Assembly (NCBI RefSeq): GCF_964355755.1
Contig: NC_092674.1
Span: 11,966,001-12,030,000 of the forward strand
Direction: 5' to 3'
From: Antedon mediterranea
Taxonomy: Eukaryota > Animalia > Echinodermata
DNA length: 64,000 nt
This document shows positions 53,063 through 64,000 of the stretch, piece after piece. Made by a program: the position numbers and the translations under genes. The notes beneath the pieces are model-generated. The model searched no databases and was not told the origin of the DNA. It saw nothing but the letters and a program-made list of their open reading frames with translations. Numbering within the stretch: the first letter of the stretch is position 1; each line of letters begins with the position of its first letter.

Positions 53063-54031
53063 GCGAATCCACAATTATTGTGATTTTGCGTGGAAGTATG
53101 GTTTGTATGTAAAAGTATAATTATATCTTTTGTAAAATTATTTAGCAAAAAGTTTTGATAATCATTGGAAAATAAGTTTAGGTTAAAATAAAATAAACTA
53201 TATACTTCGATGGAATATCCTTTAATTACCACACTTTAGATTGCTTGATAGAACAAGATGTTCTTAATTAATTGGTTTTTTTTATTATTGAGAAAAGTAA
53301 ATCAAAATATTTGTTTAGTGAAAGACGATTGTCCAAAAGACATTATGTTTAATATTTGATTAAATGTGTTTAAATGTTGGTGTAATAAAATGAATGGTCA
53401 AGTGTTAATTAAGTTCATTGTTAAGAGTGAAATAATCACTCTCTCCACTCAAATAGATTACATTCGGATATCGCCTTATAGTAGTGTGTTAGGCATTTGC
53501 GTGTACAATTCTGAGCGATAATATATGCACTGCACACTTTCCGTTTACAGAAGATTGAGATTGACAATCAATGTCTTACATAATTGTACAAGATACAAGA
53601 TACAAGAAAACTTTATTCATCCCAACTTGGGAAATTGTGTTGCTGTCTAATAACAATGCCGTATTTAAAAGAGAAATAATAGGCCTAATACATAAGTGTG
53701 ATAATATATATCGTATAATATTTAAATATGTGTAATTTTTTGAAAAGTTAATTACAGAACTATATGAGCATATGTTTTAGCACATACCGCATTAAATCGT
53801 AGATCATTAACAAATTAAATTAAAATACATTATGCTTTGCACAATAATTCATGATTATAAATTGTATAATGTTGAGTTTATTACAGAATATTAATATCTG
53901 TTATTTATACTTTTTACATTGTTTTAATGGTAAGTTGTCACATTACTACATCTTATCTTTATAGATAATAAATCTAACCGTTACTTTATAATGAAAATAT
54001 ATATCTTAAATAAGAAAAGAAATGTACCAAT

Positions 54032-54812
54032 AGACACGTTTCGCGCTCGCGAGGTCACCGTCAGTTTGACCTTTTAGTGGGTATAGCGATATTTTGAATC
54101 ATCATCATCTTAAAAAGCAATCGTCAAAACTAGCCTTTTGATGGAATGGCATGGTAAGGATGTTATTTATTTTCTAAACTTATGTTTTATATTCACTGTA
54201 GAATTATTTGGGCATTTGGTTCGGAATCATCGACTTTATTTATGTATTGTCATTTTTGGTTTGACATTAGTCTTAGGATAGGCGCCCTATATAATTACGG
54301 TGCATTTAATACATGTTAACTGTTGATTTTATTTACAAATGTTGCGTAAATATATTAATTATTATCTTTCATTCTTCTTCATGTTCCTATTGCATCTTCC
54401 ATGTATTATGTGATGTTCTTCGGCGCTTAAACAGACACCCAAGCCTCCTAGGCCTAGTAGACCAACCGCATCATCAGCCAACGCCACCGGGCGGGCGGAG
54501 AGACCCGAGCACATCGTGGACGTACCTTTCCTTGAAAAATGTCCAAGATTTTGCGCCACTATCCTTCGGAGCCGACGCAAACCACTCAGCAAGTGTTTGA
54601 AAATTAAAAACAGGAATATTATTCAGTGATTTTGTGTAGTTAAATTCACGATTTATCCAACATATACAACATTTATGATGCACCTTGCAACAAAAGCACT
54701 CGGCAGTCGCCATTTCGCTATGCTTCAACACGCACTAGGCGAGAGCTGTGTTCGGTTTGTTTACAAATCTATACCCACTATTTCTGATTGGTCGCGAGCG
54801 CGAAACGTGTCT
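54032..54812. mobile_element. ISL2EU/Harbinger-like internally deleted DNA transposon
   Basis: Perfect 21-bp TIR AGACACGTTTCGCGCTCGCGA flanked by AT on both sides. Minus-strand coding remnant ...KSWTFFKERYVHDV. Confidence 0.65.
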
Positions 54813-55124
54813 ATTATTCCTACTCTATAGCACATTTTAAGGTTATAAATGTTTTTAAAAAGAACTAACTTATAACATGATGTTTATTATAAAACATTAA
54901 TAGAAATATCTCTAATTTAAAATGAACAAAACAAACATTAACACACCAAATTATTAAAATTGCTAAAATAATATATAAAATATATAGGCCTATATAAGTC
55001 CAAATGCAAATTACTGAAAAAAATGACAATGCTGTGGATATCAGTGACTGGATCTCAATGGAGATACAAAAATAAAAAGCGAAAAGCTAAATCAAAACGA
55101 TAAAGTAAACAGCCAGAAAAGTTA

Positions 55125-55161
55125 GCAGAGCTTTCGAGCAACACTAGCCCTTCATCAGTGC
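55125..55161 (-). ncRNA. Minimal hammerhead ribozyme (Penelope-like retroelement type)
   Basis: Minus strand GCA-CTGATGA-A-GGGC(tagtgtt)GCTC-GAAA-GC-TC-TGC: intact core, 4-bp stem II, palindromic stem III (AGCT), stem I GCA/TGC. Confidence 0.7.
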
Positions 55162-55731
55162 AAGTGTATATATATATATATATCTTTAAATGCAAGAAAC
55201 AGCGGATTGACGCAACGCAACTATTTAGACCAATCACAGGAGACAGCTCGGATGATCAATGACGTGTGTTTGGTTAAAATTTTTTGCATTATATGCACGT
55301 CTTGCACTTGGTCATATTAGTTTAATTGATTAATGAATAGAATTAATGAATAGTATTCATTAATCCATGATTACTCTAAAATAATATTATATTCGCTTCA
55401 AATAATATAGAATAATTAAACGAAACTGTTTAAAAATGGCTATAAGGCGATACAGTGGAATGGGCGTCTACAGTAGACCTACTAATGATATAATCATGAC
55501 ATTTTAATAATCTTGGATCCGCCATGATATTAATAGCCGCAATTATTTATACTTATTTAATATTATACTTATATAATGGTATTATTATCAGTTACGCCTA
55601 TAATAAGAAATATACTTTGCATTATATATTTACACAATACTTTCTTCTCAGTTACTAATAAAAATGAGGAGAAGAATTTAGGTCTGCTTTTTTTTTGTAG
55701 CCTGTTAATTGATAACATAATGTAACGCCTT

Positions 55732-58700
55732 TTAGTTTACATTTTCGTAACTCTGTGAACCATCCAGAATTCTAACTGCTGCATCGTAACAAAACTGGTA
55801 CTGCTCCTGAAATAAAAGAAAACAAAATTAGGGGACAAACGTATGGAAGGCGAACACTGCAAAATACACACAAATGACATAATATACTTGTTCTGAGTCT
55901 GTAGTTAATTTGCCTTATTTTTATGATAGCCCATGACCATTCTGATTTTTGTCTGGACAACTGAAAATGAAGTATTATATTTTTGAAACGCCATTTGTAC
56001 CAAACTATTTACTTTTTACTAATAATACTGAAACACAGTCTAGAACCTAGAAAAACGCCATACAAACACAAAGCGAAACACGAGTACAGCCAATAGATGA
56101 GACCCACCCCACGTTATTATTGATCTATGTTAATCTGTTGTGGCAATTCTGTATTTTTTATGGTTGTCATATTTATTTTCGCGAACCGAATACATAACAT
56201 ACAATTTTGCAATTGTAGATCTTTTGAAAGCCAAACGCATTGTTAAAACTTGTTAAAAGAATTGTCATCTCAATACGCCTAGTAATAGTGATGCTACTTT
56301 GTGACTGTGCAGAAGTGGATAATAGCGAATTAAAAAAAAAATCCATTATTATTTCTCATTTATTTAGGAAAATACTTGTCGAAGATACTTACCATGTTGT
56401 CAACCATATATGGACATGATTTACGTAATTGTTTCACTGTATGGTACACATCTACTAAAGTCTCCTCTTTGATCTTCTGAATAATCGATGACACTGCACA
56501 ATATAGTCCACAACGTCCCGCACCGTCCCTGTTGAAATAGTTATTAACAATTTAAAAAATGTAATATTTATATGTACGTTATCCCTATATTTCAAGTTTC
56601 GTGCACTTTCTGCATTATTCAACCTTGAGGACGATTAAAGTATATTGATTGAAATGTAGAGAAACTCAACATTACTTTTCAGAACTACGCGGTGTACCGT
56701 AAACTTTAAAACACACACATATATGTTATTTCAGCATGTATTTAAGAATCTAGTTGGTGTTTAACAGCAATTTTTATATCTAGTTCTTGAGAATAAAGCA
56801 TAATTACAGTATAAAACTGTTGCCATTATTTCCTCTTGTACTTGACACAATAAGGTATAAGGAAATCGACTATGTCCTCCAAATAAACAAGTCCACACAA
56901 ATAACTTACTGACAAACGATGATCGCTGGACATCCCTTGCAAGACCGCTGTCGTGTTTCAACTGTTGATATCAGTTGTACAAACGATTCCAAGTCTGGTA
57001 TCTTGACACTACTCTGCCATTGTGTGTATAAAAAGTGGGATATATCTCGTGTTGCAGATCCCTGGATATCATTAAAAAGAACCATTGTATTAATAGTTCA
57101 TGTTAACCATCTTGATGATTGATTTATGAAAATTACTGTAAACAAAGTAGCCTAAATTAAAAGTTTCTTTGGGATCTGGTCACTTTCCGATTAATTGTGT
57201 GTGTTTACATTGACTTGTTGGTTAGACAACTCCGTCTTTGACCAAAACATTATGCGAAAATGACATGTTGCGAATTGAGATCGAAATGGGAGAAAGTATA
57301 CTCTGGTATTATGGTGTTTATATTGATTATAGGACAATAATTTAAACCAGAGTGGTGGTACTAGACTTGCCCACAAGTCTGAAGTTATTATCTTTTCTAC
57401 CTTTTCTATATGATCCACCAGTCGGCGTTTCGATTTTTGTCTGAAACCTACGAGCTATTTGTTACTAATATTAATTCAAAACCCCGTCTGTAGAACCTAG
57501 ACTAGAGTGGTACCGGTATAACAATGTGTGTGTTTAGAACGCTGAAACGTGTAAAAAGTTATCATGTGTATAATTTATGAAACAGACAATAAATATGGTT
57601 TGGGCTGAGGTTTCATTTCCTTTATATAGTCAAATATGTTACGTAATAATTGTAATTGCCAACAGAATACCTTTTTCAATGTGACTGTTTGTTGAACAAT
57701 ACCATGTTTACGTTCCGAAGACTCAACTTTGACAATGTATTCCCCGTATTCGAGTTGTTCACTCACGTGTTCAGGTATGTACCTCGCGTACGATTTGTCT
57801 TCTAATTCATTCAAAGTTACAATAATCTGAGATTTATAATCAAACACCATGCTCCAAAAGTCACTACACGTGTTTATGGGATCCGAGATTGGTGACTGAG
57901 TTGTAATAAATGCATTTCGTCTGGTGTATAACTATAATTGGTAAGAGCACAAGCATAAGCATAGGCATAGGTGGAATGAAATTAAGTTTATTGTCTTTTA
58001 AATATGAAAAGTAGTCATAATGAAAGTGTTAATATGCATATACTATTCCGAACATTTTGGCAGGTCCAATTAAACAATATATTTGGAGTTTAGTTCATGT
58101 AGTTATTATAATTAAAATAATACGTTTTATTATGAACATTGTATCCAGTTACTAGCTGTCCTTAGCAATTTTCATAGTTTATTTGTAAAGTATAATATGT
58201 AACATTTTTAATACAATGGGATATGTAAATATCTTTAACATAACCTTAAGTATGTATGTGACATAGTCGTAATATCTGAAGAATATATGAATTACGAAAT
58301 TTAACTAGATAAAAGATACTAGGATAGAATAAGAAGAATCAGGTGCATATTCAGATCCAATGATTTATTATTACGAATTAATATATTAAATGAAAAAAAA
58401 AGAAATGTAAAGAAACATACGTCACAGAACGACGCATTGATGTAATCGGTGCCATTTTTTGAAGGCGTCATTAGATAAACACGTGATCTGTTTACTGATA
58501 TTGGAAATTGAACAAAATATACGTTAGTGGTAATTTTGTCAATTGCAACCAAGTTGATGGTAGATACATTTAATATTGATTTATTTTAATATTGTGCTTA
58601 AAGGTTAAAGGTTAAAGGTTATTATACTATCATAGTATAGTTTATAGTTTACAAACTGAAGAGGTCAATCGTGGACCTATTTGAAGTGAAAATAAACTAA

Positions 58701-61700
58701 ATTATGAACCAATTTAAAATTATTTAATATTAATTTTAAATGATTTAATGTTAATATTCAAAAAGAATATATGCCGCATTTTTTAAACAAATGTATTATT
58801 TATTAAATATGAATGTTTTCTTTTGAAATAAAATATAGTTTTTTGTTTTGTTTTTATACTAGGTTAACAAACAAATAAAACGTACGTGGTATAACGTCTT
58901 GAAATCTGTTTAGCATTATAGTGTTGGATTGCTTTCCAGTCGAAATCATTTCTTCTACTGGCTTTGGGAACACAGTTTTAAGTGTCTGAAACATAAGTAA
59001 ATAATTATGGAAGTACACATGGAAGTATACGATTTTTTTAAACAACCATCACATGGCTTTCAAATTATGAATACTTCTCTTACATGAATAATTATTTTCA
59101 GAATGATAAAGGATCAATACTATATTTTAGCCAATTGTTAACGATGTATTCTTCAATGAATGGTTTGACTTAGCATGCTCTTGAAAATAGCTGCTATAAT
59201 TGACTTAAATGTTGAAAGTAGTAAGCCTACTCAGTGTTACATGACAAAATAGTCATAATTGTTACAAAATATGAATGTTGTAAGGTCTATCCTATTATTA
59301 AAAAGTATAGTTCTGGCTCTACCGTCAATTGTTGCGATATAGTCGTTTCTTCTTCATTCCCGTTAACTCTTGTAAGGTTACACAATACACGATTCAGGTC
59401 AAGAACTGGAATAGTCGTTTGTCCACAGAATAGTATCTCAAGTAAAACTTCGTAGATAAATGTATACTGCTCCTGTTAAAAATAAAGTAATTTACATGTA
59501 CGGCTAATTTAACAATGAAGTGTGCTAGTATGCATTTTAGTAAACAACTAAAAACACTCTGAATTTCCAATGGTTGCCAAATAGAAATTAGCCTATCCTA
59601 CATTTTTGTGGTTCCACTATTATATATACCCGTTAGTCTATAGAAATACATTGTCAATTACTATGGTTGGAACTTTGATAAAGTGTCTCCCTTTTCTAAC
59701 ATTCACGTTTTAATTAGTAGAAACAATAATCATTCATCCTAAAACTTCTATTATTCTGAAATATAAGGAAATTTAAAGCTTTTTTGTGTTGTGTGTAAAC
59801 CCATATTTATATACCACATCCTTAGTTAAAAGAAAGTACTTGTGCTGTGTTTAAACTATTGCTTTAAATTTCCTCTAAAATAAATTTAGAAGGTTACACA
59901 ACAATTCCACAAGTTATTAAAAAGACGCCATTTGGAAAAGGTTGTATTACTTGTCGGCGAGGTATATTTAATTTTGCTGTTTGGTTTACGTTATTTGATA
60001 ATTGCCATCAAAATTCTTACAAGATTTAAAATACCGTGAAATGTACCAGTACATTCAACCGTCGAGTAAAGCAGTGATTTTAAACATACTTAAGGTGTTA
60101 CTGTATTATGATGTTTAAACAAGCTTTCAGCACTAGCAGAACGTTTATATTTGAATTACTTATCCTCATCTAAAGAAATATATTCATCTACCAGCAAGAC
60201 ACTACTAACTAATGCGATGTAAGCAAGTTAGATGATCTAACAAAGTAGTAAATGTTTCTTTATATTTACTTGAGTTTGAACCATCTGTATACGTTGTTCT
60301 CTCATAATTTTCACAAAGTTGAACACATCGATGCTTCCTTTCTGTTTCACCATATCCAACATGGAGGCAAGTGTAATGACGGTACCCGTTCGCCCTGCTC
60401 CAGCGCTAAGTACAACAATTTAATAACATGATTAACAATCATTTTAAACAGTAATAATAAAATATTTTCACCTTGAAAAAAAAATTCTTTCTTGAATATG
60501 CCATTGTGATGGATTGATTTCATTCTTTTTCAGTCCAGTTAAATATTGTAACATCAGAGAGCTCTATAGTAATATCTATATAAACTCTAAACAAGATAAA
60601 ACAATAATATTAAAAATAATATGTCATAATCATTATTATTATATTAGATTCGATTAAAGTTTGAACAGTAAGAAGAAACGAATCCACAGACATATTAAAT
60701 AAATCAATACAAACCTGCAATGAACAATGACAGGTCCAGTGTTTGGTGGCGCTTTTTTCTGTTCATCTTTAAATTTGTAAATGAAATCCACGAGATGTGT
60801 CACCTCTGTTGGTACACTCTTGTCTGGCCATGATATGAAGTGATAGTGCCATACAATATGATTATCTTCATACCCTTCCTGTACATTAAAATAGAAGAAT
60901 ACAAGAATTGTTTGTGAGCAAATTCCTGTTCTTTTTAATGTTACTTTATGTTTCACAATCGCCGTACCAATTTAAATAAAACATGCATACGTGGTTGTAT
61001 CGGTATCTGTTATATATTATATTTGGAATTGTCTATGTAATGTGTTATTTTGTTTATCAACAAAGAGATCCTTCAAATCATTATGGTATTAAATCCAATA
61101 TTTTATATTTCAATTACCTTTTGAATTGTGAATTTTCGAATAATAAAATTCTTGTTGTCCTGTTCTTCAGTATTTGTGACTACAACGTCTCCGTAATAAC
61201 AGGACTTTCTAAGGTCTGGCCAATATTTTTCAGACTTTTTCTAAGAAGAAAAAAAAATCTAATTTGATTAATTTAAGATAAGAAATTCATAGCTATTAGA
61301 GTTATTTTCTCGTGTTATGTTATTCGTTCTTTTATTATTAGAAATTACAAATGTATATTTCGTAATAAATTGTTAATTTTCTCGTCTCACATTTACTGCT
61401 GGAATAAAAACTATACCTTTCCTCCTTCTGAAACATTTGTTACCATGACGATAACTGTAGAATTCTCTTGCCAAACCATCCTCCACATATCATTAACTGA
61501 TGCTACATTAGGTCCTGCAAATATACCTTACATGTGTATCTTATATTTTCAAAATGTGTATTTTATATGTCATTTCATTCTTCTTTGGTTACATAACTAT
61601 ACTAATTGATTTACAGAGTATACTTAAATAATAAGATGAAGTTATGTACAAATAGTAATAGTTACCTTGACATGCAATGTATTCATGTGAGTATTTGTAT

Positions 61701-63817
61701 CCCTGAAAATGTGTTGAAATAATTATAAGTTAATCGAATTATAAAAATAGCATTATTAACATTGTTGTAATTATATTTTGATTCGATTCAACAAGTAATT
61801 ATTCAAACTACCTATTAAACAAAAACAAAAACAGTTTAAATGTCATAATTTGTCTAAAAATGATTAACTTCATCTTCAATTATGGACATAAAAGAAGAAG
61901 AAGTTTAAATAATCTGCTTAAGATACACTATAAAGAATTAACTATACAAGTAATATAATAAAGTACATCTAGATACGAAGCATTGATATAATCAGATCCG
62001 GCGATGTTTTCTTGAGATTGTAAAATGACTCTAGAATGATCATCTGAAATGATAATTATTGTAAATAATAATAAAATAGCTTTTATATTGTTGTTTTAAA
62101 ACTTAGTTATTGAAATGAAGTGTTTAAAATAAGTGTAGGCCTACATTCATTGAACTGGTTAATGGATTGATATCTGTACAAAGACGAATTGATATGATTT
62201 AACCAAATACAAGGCTGAATAAAATAAAGGAGGCCAAATACAGATACAAAATGAAACATTCATATTAGGTCAAACCAAAAATAAAACAAACATATTCAAT
62301 ATTATTTACTTTCAAAATTTACCAATTTAATATAAAATATAACTTACATGGAATAACATTAGCATATCTGTTTTTATAATGGTTGACAGAGCTCTTTGCT
62401 TCTTTCCATGGATGGAGTGGACGATTGCCAAGGTCCTTGGAAGAAAATATTGTTATAAAAAAGTGACTGTATGGTACTATAAAATAGCTTGTAAAGTGTT
62501 AAAATAATATCCCACAATTATAGCTGACCCGAAAGTCAATGAAAATCATTCTCAAAGATAACACGTTATATTTAGAAGGAACTCGCCAACGGTGGTTGAT
62601 GAATAGGCATACATGGTAAGGTTGGCAGAAAAATCCGGAGACGGTAACAGAATCGTAATCATATTGTTAACTTTTAATTTTCATTATACATAAAAAACAT
62701 TTCTAATACATATGTATAACAATCTTTTCCGCGACAATTTTTGATCGTAGATAGAATGTGAACATTAATATATAAACATGTTTATTCTGGCTTGGTCCTA
62801 AATTTTAAACTATATGGCCTACCTCAAACTCTTTCTCAAAATTTTGCACTGAGTCAACATGTTTTAACAAGACATATGAGTGAAGATCAGAAATAGCAAT
62901 TGGTTGTTGTGTATCCTTATGTAAACTTGCGTTGGTATATATTGGTTCTAGCTCTTTGTTTGGTATCTCACTGTTAGCGTTGGCATTGTTATCTGTGTCT
63001 GACATACTTTCCGATGCATCAGCTTGCGACTGACCTGTAAAACAATAACTTACAGAATTGTGTTACCTTTATTGGTTAACTACTTATTTTTCTGATGTTC
63101 AAATTTAAATTTTAAATTAACATAGTCAATGAAAGTAATCAACGAACGATTGATATCTATATGCCTTCCACTATGTTCCACACTGTAAATATTCTTAAAC
63201 AAATTAAGAGGAAGTTATAAATAATTGTAATATGCCCATTTACACTAGGACGATAACGATCGACGATAAATAGATACAAATGTGCATTTTCCATACATAA
63301 AACAAAGGGATTCTAAAATGTTTTATCCTAGAACTACTAACATAACCATCTATGCTGACTTTGGTGGAAATAACAATTTCACACGAGCAATACTATTGTG
63401 ACGATACATTGATTGTATTGTTCTTAGTGATCATAACATCATTTTATTGGATTAAAAAAAAAATTCTATAAGAGACAACATAAATGGTTATACTGTAATA
63501 GTTCAAGAATGAAACCTTTTCTAATTTCTTTTGTGTTATGTGAGAACAATTATGCTTATCTATTATTTATCGTCGATCTGTATCTTCCTAGTGTGTAGAA
63601 GCCTTAACGTCCAAATGTATATTCAACATATTGATCCACAATATTTCAGATCCCTGAAAATATGTATTTCCTATTATAATTATGATGGAAGACAAAAGCT
63701 CATAATTATTTGAAATAATAAATGAATCTTAATTGATAACCTGGATTTTCTTGAATTTCGTTCAAAACCGGGTCAAGATTATTCCATGATTCTCCTTTGT
63801 TGAAATGTAGTTGTTTT
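55732..63817 (-). CDS. Receptor-type protein tyrosine phosphatase with tandem D1/D2 domains (cytoplasmic part; 5' end outside the window)
   Basis: Exons 63741-63817, 62823-63034, 62348-62435 (KNRYANVIP), 61967-62043 (SDYINAS), 61666-61702 (YIACQG), 61417-61514 (DMWRMVWQE), 61118-61240 (KYWP), 60715-60878 (WPD), 60270-60405 ([14 protein letters not shown]), 59323-59472, 58886-58985, 58421-58494, 57671-57931, 56910-57061, 56393-56528 (VCQDGAGRCG), 55732-55806 (EQYQFCY...SYENVN*). Confidence 0.93.
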
Positions 63818-64000
63818 CTGAAGTTTATAAAAAGGAGACGAACAAAAAATAAATGTAAAGAACATCAATTTTCGAGAATGAACGTGGTTGAAAAAGAAGG
63901 ATAAATAGAAGTGACGAGGCGAAACAAATATATATTTGTACATGTTTGTTATGTTATAAATTGTATTATGTAGTGGTGTAAAAACAAAATTGTTTTCTGA

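Overview
AT-rich, intron-rich animal genomic DNA, probably a marine invertebrate deuterostome (taxon inferred). Most short ORFs in the six-frame track are intronic or repeat artefacts. Manual GT-AG splicing gives four genes. (1) UBXN7, minus strand, 11 exons, about 531 aa, UBA-UAS-UIM-UBX. (2) A CREG-family lysosomal protein, minus strand, 4 exons, about 204 aa. (3) A 19-exon adhesion GPCR, plus strand, about 775 aa: signal peptide, four LDL-receptor class A modules, Ser/Thr stalk, short GAIN/GPS (HL|T) and 7TM. (4) The cytoplasmic half of a tandem-domain receptor tyrosine phosphatase, minus strand, running off the window. The rest is dense in transposons. Highlights: a 3.7-kb AcademX-type element that is one long inverted duplication of its own XPG-nuclease 3' half, next to a second palindromic Academ-type element; a three-level hAT/Kolobok/foldback nest that separates the CREG start codon from a CLEAR-type E-box; and a minimal hammerhead ribozyme in sense orientation about 570 nt past the phosphatase stop codon. 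All family assignments come from motif recognition, not database searches.
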